64,000 nucleotides of DNA, taken from the NCBI GenBank assembly GCA_036785375.1, contig JAWMAR010000008.1:17174001-17238000 (forward strand), read 5' to 3'. A program made the position numbers and the translations under genes. The number at the start of each line of letters is the position of its first letter. The stretch's first letter is position 1. The stretch is from Leucoraja ocellata. Lineage: Eukaryota. Positions 51,946-64,000 of this stretch are shown one piece after another. The notes beneath the pieces were generated by a model, which worked only from the letters and a program-made list of their open reading frames with translations, made no database searches and was not told the DNA's origin.

Positions 51946-53849
51946 AAAAATGAAAATTATAAGTGTGTTTGAGTATCAATATAATAATGCTTGTAAGAAT
52001 GGCATCAAACAGTCTGTAAAATCCGCTGGCCCAGTACCACTGAAGTCCAATGCCTACTGGATTAATGGAGTCTTACTGTCTACAGCAAGTCCCCAGAATA
52101 GCAATGAGCAGATAAAGCGATTTTGCAATGTTGCATATTTGTTCAATAATGGCACATGATATCATTTGGTAAAATGAGTTTTAAAAACTTAGTTTCCTTT
52201 ATTAGTTTTAAGGCACCCTTGAACAAGTCTCAGTATGTTGTTAAACCGTTTGTTTTTTGCTTTGCTTAGTTCAAATTGCAGTCAGAAATATCAATGGGAT
52301 ATATTGAGCATTTACATTCTATTTCTCTAGTTTTATACAGTTCAACTATTTCCATTCAATGAAGTTTTTTCCACCTTGGGGGTTCTCCAATTATTTAATT
52401 ATTTGGTCCTTTTTATAATGTTTAAGGTGCCACGAGAAGAGGCTTGTTCATGACAAAGTAAAGCAATCTGAATGGTAGCAAGGCATTGCAGTGACTTGGG
52501 AGTGTGTGACAAGTCAGTGATCTTTCTCACAATGGGTGGGTGCGTTGCTGGGGGGGGTCCAGAATAAAGATAGAAAATATTTTATATATATATGTGAAAG
52601 AGAAAAACCGCGTCAACATGGACTTCCCTATACGAAAATTTAATACATGTTTCTAAGTTTACTAAATAGATTTTGTGTCAAATCTATTAAACCCAGCAAC
52701 TGTAAATCCTAAAGGGCGGCAGCATTGATAGAGACAGAACTTGTGTGTTGTGCCACCTGGAAGTAGGATCTGAGGTCTGCTTTTACCACAAACCCACGTT
52801 AAAAACCAGTTGCCAATCTGCAAAAGAATGTAGTATACACAGACAAATCATCCGTTAGCTAGAAATTTAGCGACAAGATAATTGCACAAAATTCAGGAAG
52901 ACTTTTCTAACGGCAGGGGAATATATATATATATATATATAACGCAAGTGGTAGAGTAAGAGGCCGTCGATGTCAAGAAGGAGATTGACTTGCCTGCAGA
53001 TGCTACTTCAGTCATTAGAAATGCACCGTGAAAACTTGTCTACATGGGTTATTAAGCTGATGTTCTCCTTGTCCACAAGAATGTTCAATTCGTGTTCTTT
53101 GCTAATTTCTTCTGTGTTGTAATGTCAGTGGAATCTGGTGCTTCCAAGTCATGGTATAAAACTGCCAAACAAACCCTCCGTCTTCCCCACCCCGCACTCG
53201 CCTGTATCACCAGGTTTTTATCCCATCTCCCACCCCTCTGCCAGCGTTCTCCACCTACTACAATCAGTCTGAAGAAGGGTCCCGACTCAAAATGTCACCT
53301 ATCCATATTCTCCATAAATACTGCCTGACCAGCTGAGTTACTCCAGCACCATGTACCTTTTTTTAAAATTTAAAACCAGATTCTACTCCTGTATTGCCAT
53401 TGCTTTTGTAAACTAGACTTCTATAAGACCACATTAAGATGTATTAAAGAGCTCAAAAAGCCAAGAATGTTGTGAGATAACTTGCCATTTCAAGCACGTG
53501 AAACTCTAGAAATAATTGCCCCCTTTTCCAAAAAAGGCTGGATTAATGGAGAATACAGAGGAAAGTTTCACGCTGTAGATAGGAGCTAACCAAGGCTTTG
53601 ATGCTTGGATTTTGATGCTCTGACGATTTACCTGTTCATGCACCATCCTAGCGCTGGTGGATCATCAATGGATCATCTGTCTGGTAAAGGTTCACTTTTA
53701 AAGTTCATCTCCAGTTTCAGCTCCTCCATGTCCTTACCCCATGGTATCTCTACAACCACCTATGATCCTGCAAGACCTTTCCACCACTCCATTTCTGGGA
53801 CCCCTGAGAGTTGTTGAGGGAATTTGGTGGTCAGGTGAGTTCAGAGATG

Positions 53850-54110
53850 CAGTAGGAAACAAGCCCATCGATTCCATGCATCTGTTCACTCTAGTTCTAT
53901 GCCATCCTAGTTTCACATCTACTTCCTGTAATCTCAGGGGCAATATACAGAGGCCAAATAACCTACAAACCCGAACGTCTTTGGGATGTGGGAGGAACCC
54001 CGGAGAAACCAGAGGAAACCCATGTGTGTCACAGGGAGAACATGCAAACTCCACACGGACAATTCCTTAGGTCAGGATCAAGCCAGAGTCTCTGGGGCTG
54101 TGAGGGAGCA
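53850..54110 (-). mobile_element. HE1-like SINE
   Basis: tttgggatgtgggagga...ggagaacatgcaaactccacacggac V-domain. Confidence 0.75.
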
Positions 54111-54454
54111 AGTCTATGGGGGGGGGGGGAGGGAGGGAGGGTAGAGTTCTCTCCCTACCTCTTCATTCCTATCCCCACCCTTTTTATCCCAGCTACTTCC
54201 CCTCTATTCTTTCTGACTAGATGAAGGGTCCCAACCAGACCATCACCTATTCCTCCTTGGCTTTCTTTTTTTTTTGCTTCAGATTTCATCATTTGCAGTC
54301 TATTGTGTGCCTGGCCCCTGATGGTTTTCATTCATCATCAGTGGTAATCCATTCTGTGTAGCCCCCTCCCTAAACCCGTGCATTCCTTTTTTTAAAGATA
54401 TTTTTTGCCCTCATGAAACGCGTGTGCCACAGTGACACACCAGTGGGGTTGAGT

Positions 54455-54730
54455 CACTACCTTACAGCACAAGAGACCCATGTTTGGTCCTGACTATGGG
54501 TGCTGTCTGTACGGAGTTTGTACGTTCTCCCTGTGACCTCCAGGTGCTCCGGTTTCCTCCCACACTCCGAAGACGTACAGGTTTGTAGGTTAATTGGCTT
54601 CTGTATAATAAAAAACAATTGTAAATTGTCGCTCGTGTGTAGGATAGTGCTAGTGTGTGGGGTGATCGCTGGGTGGCCATGGATTCAGTGGGCCGAAGGG
54701 CCTGTTTCCACGCTGTATCTCTAAAGTCTA
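54455..54730 (+). mobile_element. HE1-like SINE
   Basis: V-domain ctccggtttcctcccacactcc.aagacgtacagg and tail. Confidence 0.82.
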
Positions 54731-54826
54731 AATGTAATCAGTGTTTGTGTGAAGGAGCCTGAGATGTACAGCATGATGCAAATCGATGTTGTTCTGCGTT
54801 CATTGTTATCTTCTTGAATTTCTCAG

Positions 54827-54972
54827 GTCGGGAATGGTAAAGAGATCTAACACAAGCCCAATGGGTTTCATGAAGCCAACAGGAGGGTCACCAGCCGCAG
54901 CTGATGCACCACAAAACCCCAATCGCAGACTCTCCACCGGATCGTCCAGGCCCTATTCCCCTTCACCATTAG
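54827..54972 (+). CDS. ULK2: ULK2 exon (human 16): [48 protein letters not shown]
   Basis: tctcag| ... ttag|gtgggt, 146 nt. Confidence 0.96.
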
Positions 54973-55901
54973 GTGGGTAAATGGAATGCGTTCAGTATTG
55001 TATTAGAGGTTTTCTATGTCAGATTTCTATTGCAAGTTGCAGCAAAAACCATGTAGAAGACAGTATGTCCTACATTTGCCCTGCGTATTTGCAAGGCTAA
55101 TTCATATTGTAGAGCATGTTATTTACAAGGAACTATAGATATTTGTTTAAAACAACTGTAATCGCAGAGGGGAAGAGAAGGGTTCCTACCTGAAACATCA
55201 CCTGTCCATGTTCTCCAGAGATGCCGCCTGACAACGCTGAGTTACTCCAACACTTTAGCTCTCTTTTTATTTTTAAATCATCATATTTGTCCTCAAACAT
55301 GTTGTGTTTGTCACTCATCCATGCTGATTCTATCGAATCAATTCATACCTCCTCAATGTTTCTCCCATCTCTGTAAATAGATACCAGTAATTCCCTGCAG
55401 TTACTGCTGACCTTAGAATTATTTAGTTTAAGATTTTAGGCTTGTGGAATCTAGTTTTTCTTCTTTCCCTGATCAAATGATTTAATGCCATTTGTAATTT
55501 TCCAATCCTGAGGAGAAATATCTGGAAACTGAGCCTTTTGAACATTATATTTAATTAATCTTCAACTTTATTATTTTTAATATATTGGAAAAGTAAGTTC
55601 AGGTAGAGATTTAATTATCTAAGTCCCTTTATTTTCTCCACTGTCTTCGTGTTAGTCTAAATATTCACAAAGCTCTTCGACATAGCTTATTTTGTTTCTC
55701 TTACAACACAATTACCTTCACTGTGAAAAGTTATTCAAAGCGCTAGTTTTGGAGGGTTTTACTTTAATGGATCCACAGTTACCGCACTCTTCATTTGTAA
55801 AAATAAGTCGCAGTTCGCTTTAAAAAGTCTTCAAGTTAATTTAAATTTTTAGGTGATGGTGTTAGAATAAATGCATCTTATTAATGGTTGCATCTCCACA
55901 G

Positions 55902-55982
55902 TTGGCACCATCCCTGAACAGCTAAGCCACTGCTGCTGTGGTCTGCCCCAGGGACACGAATCAAGATCCAGAACACCATCAG
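55902..55982 (+). CDS. ULK2: ULK2 exon (human 17): (V)[26 protein letters not shown]
   Basis: ccacag| ... cag|gtgagt, 81 nt; ULK2-type CCCG motif. Confidence 0.96.
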
Positions 55983-57692
55983 GTGAGTATTATAAGAAAT
56001 AAGAATCAAATTATTGCATACCAGTTGCTCTGTGAAATGCGAATTAACAGGTATAAAATGTATTGGATTAAACATCCATTCTCAACCCGTTCAGCATGAG
56101 AGTACTTGATTTCATTTATATGATCATAGCATCAAGGTGACGAACCGTTTCCATATTCAATAGCATTATTTCAAACAGTTCATGCATTCATTGGGCACTG
56201 TTGTTTCTATCTAATGAGAGATCCCTGCACGATAAGTGGACAAGCTCTGCATTAGTTCATTCCATCACAGTACATCCAATATTTTGACTTGTCGAACAAA
56301 TTCTTGAGTCAAATGTGTGAGATTTTGGATGTTATTGAGGACAACGATTAAGAACCAATATTTGTGAAGGCGCTGGGACAGTAGGGAAACTGGAATTTTC
56401 TGGAAAGTTAAACATTAATGAGCCTTGAAGATGCAAGGAACTGCAGATGTCAGTTTACCCAAAAAAAACAAAATGCTGGTGTAACTCGGTGTGTCAGGCA
56501 GCATCACTGGAAAACATGGATAGGTGACATTTCAGGTTGGGTCAGTCTGAGGAAGGACCCCAACCCAAAGTGTCACCCATCTACATATTCCAGGGATGCT
56601 GCCTAACCCACTGAGTTACTTTGTCCCTTTGTGTCTATTAATGAACTTTGCTACTCTCTTTGCAAAGTATTATAATGCATAAAATCAACTGACTGTCCAG
56701 GCCCAGAGGACATTGGATCTGGTGTCTTTTCCTAGTAGGGCTGTTCACTGAAGCCATGACAATGGAGAGAGTTTCAATATATTTGACTATTCCATGGGTC
56801 ATTGTTAACACTGGAGAGGTCGTTAGTTGGCAAATTACAGAGATTTGACAAAGAGGGAGGTCACCGATTCCATCTTCTGTTGATATCTGCTGCAGAGATG
56901 GGTGATGTGCTGTAGCAAGGACACGAGTGAGGTAGCAGCATGAGGGTTGCATGGAGAGATTGGATATTAACCTTGTTGCTCAGTGTGAGTGGGATTTGAA
57001 GCTGCAAAATAGGGAGTTGGGCCAATATTGGCACTGTTGCACTGTGACGGGGTGGGAAATGGAGGAGGAGAAATATGACATTATTAGTCACGCCAAATAT
57101 CTCTAAGCGGCAATTTGTGGCTTATGTTCAAATGAATATTTGATTTCTCTTTGAGCAAAAATTGTAGACAATAAAATATTATTGCCTTTCATTTGCAAAC
57201 AATCAAGGAAAGACACTAAAGTGCCTCCTCTGCCCACCACCTGCCCTCTGGCATTCCCTGGGGGGTCAAAAATGGCAGACCATGGAAGAGGCACATTCTG
57301 AAAATGAATTATTGTTTACAATAAGCTAGGACCCCTTATTCTTATGAACGTATAATGATGTATGGATTGGTGATTTATAGGGGGGAAAAACTTAAACTAG
57401 GATGCAAGGAACATGTCAATTAATAATTTAATATAATTAATGCTCTCTTTTTAATTTCCTTGTAATCTGACAATATTACAACATTTTTGGCATTAACTTG
57501 GGAGAAGGGAAAAGTGAGCCTTGAAAGGGAAATTTAAACTGGGGACAAGCGGACACGTTCTGTGCAGATGTTCACAGGCTGACTATAAATCTGCACAGTG
57601 GTCAGGGTAAAGTCTGATATAATTACATCAGAAAACTCATTGATGTACAAATGGCAACATTGGATTAAGTGGGTAGGACACGACAATACAAA

Positions 57693-57821
57693 ACGTGTAG
57701 GAAGGAGCTGCATGCAGATGGTGGTTTAAACCGAAGATAGACACAAAAAGCTGGTAACTCAGCGGGTCAGACAAAGATGTTAACTGACCCGCAGAGTTAC
57801 TCCAGCTTTTTTTGTGTCGCT
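57693..57821. mobile_element. Centre-deleted palindromic Penelope-derived element
   Basis: inverted arms; TSD ACAC(G/A)ACAATACAAA at 57678-57692 and 57822-57836. Confidence 0.75.
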
Positions 57822-58187
57822 ACACAACAATACAAAGCCAATTAATGCAGGTAGGAAGATTGTAGGAAAATTTAAGATTATTGTAAGAAACAGATTACCT
57901 GCCACTTCATGTTTGTGTCTTCAAATCTCCTGTAAATTTAGAGTAATACAGGATGGAAATCAGCCCTTCGGCTCCACTCATCCATGCCAACCAAGGTGCT
58001 TTCCTGAGCTTGTTCCATTTGGTTGCATTTAGTGCATGTCCCTCTAAACCTTTATTATCCTTGAACCTGTCTAAATGCCTTTAAAATGTTGAACCTGTAG
58101 CCATCTCCCTCACTTCCTCTGGTAGTTCTTTTCATATATACGTAATGATCACAGCAATGTGCATCTGTGCAGAATGTTAATGGAGTA

Positions 58188-58645
58188 AGGGCAGCACGGT
58201 GGTTCAGCAGTAGATTTGCTTCCTTAAGGGCCTGTCCCACTTAGGCGACCTTATTTGCGAGTTGAGGAGACTGCCTGCGCTCGTCACATGTTCGTAGGTG
58301 TTCTCTGGTGAGTCTCCTTCATGGTCGGGAGAAGTTCCCGCAGGGTGGTAACTATTCGCGGCCTCAGTATGGTTTTTCAACATGTTGGTCGCCATGGAGA
58401 AAATCGATACTTTTAAAGTCGTAGTGCAATGGTAGTGGGGTTGCCATGTCATTGTGGGTCATCGAGGTATCCGTAGGAAATCTCCTTTGCTGACCGGGCA
58501 TTTTTTTAATTGGCTCATTGCGGGGGGGGGGGGGGGGGGGGGTGGAGGAACGTAAGCACTAGTTTTCAGAACCAAGAAAAACAGACCGGTAATGTTAAAT
58601 GCCCGCTAAACTTCACAGCTGTGTATCTCTGGCTTCTTAAAAGTC

Positions 58646-58685
<40 letters not shown>

Positions 58686-58990
58686 CCCCCCTTCTCTCTC
58701 CGTAAGTGGGACAAGCCCTTTACAGCACGAGAGACCCAGGTTCGAAACTAATCACGGGTGCTGACTGTACGGAGTTAGTACGTTCTCCCCATAACGTAGG
58801 TAGATTTTCTCCGGGTGCTTCGGTTTCCTCACAATTTCCAAAAACGTGCAGGGTTGTAGGTTAATTGGCTTCGGTAAAATTATAAATTGTAGTGTCTGTG
58901 GGATAGTGTTAGTGTGCGGGTATCACTAGTCGGCGCGGACTTGTGGGCCAAAGGGCCTAATTCCGTGCGGTATCTCTAAACTAAACTAAA
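58188..58990 (+). mobile_element. HE1-like SINE interrupted in its tRNA head by a Harbinger MITE
   Basis: gggcagcacggtggttcagcagtag...cc|TTA|cagcacgagagacccaggttcga; (ctaaa)n tail. Confidence 0.82.
58227..58719. mobile_element. PIF/Harbinger-type MITE, 493 bp
   Basis: 17-bp TIRs AGGGCCTGTCCCACTTA / TAAGTGGGACAAGCCCT (1 mismatch), TTA TSD at 58224-58226 and 58720-58722. Confidence 0.88.
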
Positions 58991-58999
58991 ATATACACC

Positions 59000-59560
59000 A
59001 CCTTCTGCATGGTAAACTGGCCTCTAAAGTCATTTAAATCTTTCCTCGTTTATCTTATGCTTTCTAGTTTTAGACTCCGTTACCCTGGGAGAAAGTCTAT
59101 GACCATTCACCTTATCTATGCCTTTTGTGATTTTATAAACCTCTCTAAGGCCCACCACTCAGCCTCTTTCACTCAAGGGAAAACCTATCCCAGTCTCTTC
59201 TCACACCTCAAGCTTAATCACATTCTTCCCATGGTCTGTAACCAGAACAGCACACTATATTCCATGCGCTGTCTCACCAATGTCCTGTACAGCTAAAACA
59301 TGGCGTCCCAACTCTTGTACTTGTACCTTCTCCAATAAATGTAAGCTTGCCATGCGCCTCCTTCACTGCCTTATCTGACTATGTTGCCCCTTTCAGGCAA
59401 CCATTGTATCCCGAGGTTTATCTGTTCTACAACATTCCCCAGGGCCCTGTTATTTAGTCCTGCCCTGGTTTAACATACCAAAATACATCACTAAATTCCA
59501 TCTGCTATTCCTTTGCCCACATCCCCATCTGATCTGGATCTTTCCATCTCATAAAAAAAA
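59000..59560 (-). mobile_element. Old CR1 fragment
   Basis: accagaacagcacac.atattcca...ctcaccaatgtcctgtacagct (reverse of LYRTLVR..LEY..FW). Confidence 0.65.
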
Positions 59561-60522
59561 ATTATTTGTCCTGGTTTCTGGTCACCTACCCTTTGATCAC
59601 TGACAGATCTTGCCTGAAAACACTTCTTCAATGTGAATACCAAAGAGATTGTAACCTTGGTTGCCACGTCAAAAATATCAATCGCAAGACTGGAATAAAT
59701 CCGGTTTTGGGGACACCACCTTATTTTATTAGTTCCCTTGACATTGTACTGAACTGAATAAGTTTAAATCCCATTTAAAAACAAAACTGCCCACAGTTAA
59801 CATGAAAATGTATCCTTGATGATGTCATTCAGGGAAGTGGGTGTTTTTTGAGAATGTTGCTGCATTCTGATAAGCTAAAAATAATGATGTTTCCAAAACA
59901 ATAATTTCATGAATCGCCTATATGTTTTTTGCTATCTTGCATATGAAAGTAAACTAGTTCAAGATGAAATGTGAAAAGCAAAGTGAAATTTGTAAATAAA
60001 GCATCATTTACATCAAACATCTTGCAATCTTTCTAGATAAATTTTATTTCAAAGTGCAATTACTGACATTTTAGTATCAGTTGAGGATGAAATGTTCAGA
60101 ACTTTTTATAAACTGCTTATAATTAACTTTGTATTTTCAACATTAAGTGAAAAGCAGTGTAATTTATAGAACTTCTCAAGTACTATCTGTAAGAGCTACA
60201 GACTTGGAATATTAAGATCTCTCAAAAAGATGTTCAGAGTTTTGATCCATGGATATAATTCTTCAAATATACCCCGTCCACCCAAACAAAACGTGCACTA
60301 CCTCCCCTTCATCACACAGACACCTAATAAATAACAATAATAAACCACGCAATAGCTTTGAATTCCTGTTTGTTATTCTTGTGTGTACATTCATGACTCA
60401 GTTGATTAGGTTTAAATAATTAACATTGAAAGTTCTCACTGTGATGTCACATTTGTGGAGATTTAAGCTGCTATTTGTTTTCCTTCCATTTTATGAGACT
60501 AAATAAAGAATATTGTTTCCAG

Positions 60523-60794
60523 GTTCACCATCTCCTCAATCACACTTACTGGGCGCAAGACTCCAAAGTGCCCCAACTCTTACTGATATCTACCAGAGCA
60601 AACAAAAACTCCGTAAGCAGCACTCGGAGCCAGTCTATCCTCCGTCTACAGGGTATGGCTGTAGCCATTCTCCACAGCCTGGTAGACCAGTCAGCCTCGG
60701 CACCTCCCCAACAAAACACATGGGAACATCTCCGCGAAGTTCTGACTGGCTGCATAAAACTCCCTTGCCCACTATCATTGGATCGCCAACAAAG
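60523..60794 (+). CDS. ULK2: ULK2 exon (human 18): (G)[24 protein letters not shown]...[13 protein letters not shown]; includes the AMPK-type RLQSAP site
   Basis: ttccag| ... aag|gtgagt, 272 nt; inside ORF 60513..60809. Confidence 0.97.
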
Positions 60795-60903
60795 GTGAGT
60801 GAACGTTAATGGTTATGCTGTTTGCTTCCATGGAAGCGAGTTCGGATAGGTGTTCCAATGCCTTTCAGATGAATTTCAGTTTAACATATGTGTGCTACCA
60901 TAG

Positions 60904-61097
60904 ACTACTGCTCCACTCAAGCTACCTAAAACTCAAGCGTCTTCCAATTTGCTTGCCTTGGCTGCACAGCAAGAATTAACTGAGAGTCCACCAATACAGT
61001 CGCGAGCCATGCTGGAGGCCAGAGAGTTCTGCATCTGTCACCCACAAGCAAGTTCTAAACGTACAGCTTCTGAGGAGAACAAAACTACTTTTGGCAG
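60904..61097 (+). CDS. ULK2: ULK2 exon (human 19): TTAPLKLPKTQASSNLLALAAQQELTESPP...EENKTTFG(R)
   Basis: catag| ... cag|gtacca, 194 nt; follows a 109-nt intron. Confidence 0.94.
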
Positions 61098-61379
61098 GTA
61101 CCATTTTCTTTACTTGTCTCTGGAAATGATGTTAAGCCATGTTCTGTTGTATTAACAAAAAAAACATATACCTTCTGGGCAAGAAGAACACTGCTTCTAG
61201 AGGCTTGATGGGTTGGATCCAATCTTGTATTAACTATTGGGAGAGAGCGCAAAAGGAATTTTATTGTCCATGTGGTCCAAGCTATAACTGACTTGAGGAT
61301 GAGACAAGAAACTGAGGATGCTGACTTGAAGGTGCTTCGTCCTGATGAGAGAGCCGCAAGACATTGTGGTATCCATCGG

Positions 61380-61590
61380 GGAAACACAAAGTGCTGGAGT
61401 AACTCAGCGGGTCAGGCAGCATCTGTGGAGCGAATGGACGGGCTCCATTTCAGGTTGGGATCCTCCTTCAGATTGGAGCCGAAACATCGCCTGTCCATTC
61501 CCTCCCCACCTGCTGCCTGACCCACTGAGTTAGCTCAGCACTTTGTGTTTATCTCAAGCTTCCAGCATCTGCAGTTCCTTATGTCTCCAC
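61380..61590. mobile_element. Palindromic Penelope-derived element (older subfamily)
   Basis: aaacacaaagtgctggagtaactcagcgggtcaggcagca ... tgctgcctgacccactgagttagctcagcactttgtgttt. Confidence 0.75.
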
Positions 61591-62040
61591 TTCTTCAAAT
61601 AAAGTCCTGCCAGCTCTGGTTCAGAGCTGAAGAAATCCTCACAGCTGAGGAGCTGCTGCACAAACCCAGGAACCAGCTGTTATTGTCACCCTGGGACCAT
61701 TCACTCCGATCAAAGGAAACCAGTGACATTCTCCCTACCATTGCTGAAATAAGTTATCAGTCACATATCTCATGGTGGGGCTATGGTGTATAAATGGCTG
61801 GTTTGGGGGGTTCTTTACCATCGTGTCTACATTCAAAAGTGCTTCATTGGTTGTAAATGCCTTAACAACATCCTGAGATTTGGACTGAATCGATGTAAAG
61901 GCTTGTTATTGTTATTAAAAAAAAAATGCTCCCCTCAAATAACCCCAATATTCTGGCAAATATATGCTCAAAATTCTTTAATCAACAGAGGAAAGACCAC
62001 ATTAAACCTGGTTTAAAAATAAATTTGAATCTTTTTGCAG

Positions 62041-62150
62041 ATCTGTAAGTACTGGAAAATTATCTGATCAAGTGACAAAGACCACATTTGGAGGCCATAC
62101 CTATCAGGGCAGCAACGACAGTCTGAATACCGAGCGTCCAATGGATATAG
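62041..62150 (+). CDS. ULK2: ULK2 exon (human 20): [36 protein letters not shown]; gene continues beyond the window
   Basis: ttgcag| ... atag|gtaaag, 110 nt. Confidence 0.96.
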
Positions 62151-62864
62151 GTAAAGATAATTGCTCCTCATTTTGCTGTGATAATATCTCTTCAATTCTA
62201 GCCTTGTGGCAATGATGTCCATTTGGCTTTTGATACCCTGTCTCTGCTCCATAAAAAGATTTTATAAATACCTTCCTGCCCTTTTGTTTAAGGCTGTTCA
62301 TATTTCTATTTTTAGTCTTACTCGACCAACAGAGCAGTCAGGTGATCTTCTCCGTATTCACTCTGGAGCTGCTGCTTCAAACCTTTGATTTATTTTACAA
62401 AGGCTGTCGTTAGAGGATTGTTCATTGCATGGATGTTTTGGTGTGGAGGCTATCCAACACTGATGGTCAGTGTGCTGTCAAGGCGCCTTTTCACCCAGCT
62501 GTGGCACAGCTCCCTATTGTGCATTAAATCAGCTGATTTTAAACTGGCTTGTAAATAAGGAGTTTTACAGTTAACGCAGACCTTCATATTGTTATACGTG
62601 CATGCAGAAATGGCTCAATGAGACAGTATCGGAGGGCTGCAGCTTTCCTGCACTATAAGTTCATGTCAACTACTGCAGGAGAGGGGAGCACTGAAACGAG
62701 CTTTAAAAAAGCAAAGAAAAAAATGTGGCACCCTGTGAAGAAATGGTTGAGTTTAGTTTATTGTCACATGTACCGAGGTACAGTGAAAAGCTTTTGTTGT
62801 GTGCTAACCAGAGAGCAAAAAGACATTACATGATTACAATCGAGCCGTCCACAATGTACAGATA

Positions 62865-64000
62865 CAGGTGCACAACCTTTTATCCGACAGCCTTGGGACC
62901 AGACACTTTTCGTAATTTGGAATTTGTCGGTCTTCGGAATGGAAATTTTTTAGCGTAGATTTTAATGGCTGGCTCAGTGGTAGAGTGCTCGGCTCATATC
63001 CGCAAGGTCGCGAGTTTGCGCCTTGATCCCGGCAGTTCCTCGGTCGCGAGTTTGAGTCTTCGGTGTAGTTTTTTTCTTGCAGAATAAATGTCTGTATGAA
63101 ATGCAGTGTGTTGAATGAATTCCTGAATTTGTAAATGTGACCGCAGCATTGAATCACCTCCCGCACTCATGTCACCCTAGCGGGGCTACATGCCCTTAGG
63201 CGGCCTAAGGCGACATTTTCACACTCTTATATCCGTGTGCAGCAGAGGCGCCAAACGTGAGCTTTGGTGTGCAGACGACATCCTGGAAAAAATGTCTGGT
63301 TTCTTCCAGGTAGGCGATATACCCTCCCGCGCAATATACCCTCCACTTCTCTTTTTAGTTCCCCTTTCTTCCAGGACCGACCCGAGGTTCCGCTGTCACC
63401 TCTGCGGGCCACCCTCGGTGAACGCTCACTCAACTTTGTCTTGGGATTCCTACTCTCCCGCGCAATATACCCTCACCTTCTCTTTTATGAATGGGGATTT
63501 AGTTCCCCTTTCGTCGAGGACCGACCGGAGGTTCCACTGTCACCTCTGCGGGCCGCCCGCGGTGAACGTCCTGTCTCCCTGTCCCTGGGATAGCAGGGGG
63601 CGATCAAACAGCGCAATACCCCCCTCCCCCTCCCCCCCACCCCCAACTCCAGAGGAATCCGCTCCCCGATGGGCCGCTACGGCGACGCGCTGCGCGACCT
63701 CAAGAACAAGACGCACCTTGCGCACCATCAGTTTCTGCTCCTCTGGAGTTGGAGCGGGGCTGGGCTGGAGTTGCTGATCTGGGATCTCCGTGCTTGCAGT
63801 GGGCCTGGGGGTCGGTGTCCCGATGAGGGGGCACAGCTCGGGCTGTGGGCGAACTGCCACTTGTCGCCGTAGCGGCCCATCGGGGAGCGGCTCCTGGTGG
63901 TCCCGATGTCTCCCGCTAGTTTGCAGTTTTCCTCTGGAGTTGGAACGGGGCTGGGCTGCTGCTGGCTGTGGGTCTCTGGGATCTCCGTGCTTGCAGTGGG
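62865..64000 (+). mobile_element. Tigger/pogo-like non-autonomous DNA transposon (left end; runs off the window)
   Basis: TA|CAGGTGCACAACCTTTTATCCGACAGCCTTGGGACCAGA resembles the Tigger4/Zombi end as I recall it; CpG-rich interior with internal duplications; right TIR not visible. Confidence 0.65.
62967..63025 (+). pseudogene. Degenerate tRNA-Met(CAT)-like sequence inside the DNA transposon
   Basis: A-box tggctcagtggtagag, anticodon arm cgg-ctCATat-ccg, aggtc, T-arm gcgagtttgcgcct; no acceptor stem. Confidence 0.5.

Noticed and set aside
62967-63025. Functional tRNA-Met gene
   Set aside because: No acceptor stem, broken anticodon stem, T-loop GTTTG instead of GTTCG.
63190-63777. 195-aa ORF with repeated CHLCGPP
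   Set aside because: The repeat reflects a DNA duplication inside a GC-rich transposon interior; no transposase or zinc-finger pattern.

Overview
This is eukaryotic DNA from a cartilaginous fish, probably a skate or ray, judged from its repeats: HE1-type V-SINEs, CR1/HER1-like LINEs and Neptune-type Penelope elements. The whole window lies inside one + strand gene, the autophagy kinase ULK2. I reconstructed 20 GT-AG coding exons (1613..62150; 2110 nt, 703 codons + 1 nt, all phases consistent). They cover almost all of the kinase domain and most of the Ser/Pro-rich region; the first exon and the C-terminal exons are outside the window. One 93-nt exon (44591-44683) has no counterpart in human ULK2 as I recall it but sits where ULK1 has an extra exon. 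The introns are dense in transposons. They include a Penelope RT/GIY-YIG fragment and more than 15 short, often palindromic, TSD-flanked derivatives carrying minimal hammerhead-ribozyme motifs, a 540-bp solo LTR in sense orientation, Sola-like, Harbinger and Tigger-like DNA elements, a Hero-like 3' end, and a five-element nested insertion. No prokaryotic system, CRISPR array or functional rRNA/tRNA gene is supported. Family names come from recalled consensus features, not database searches.
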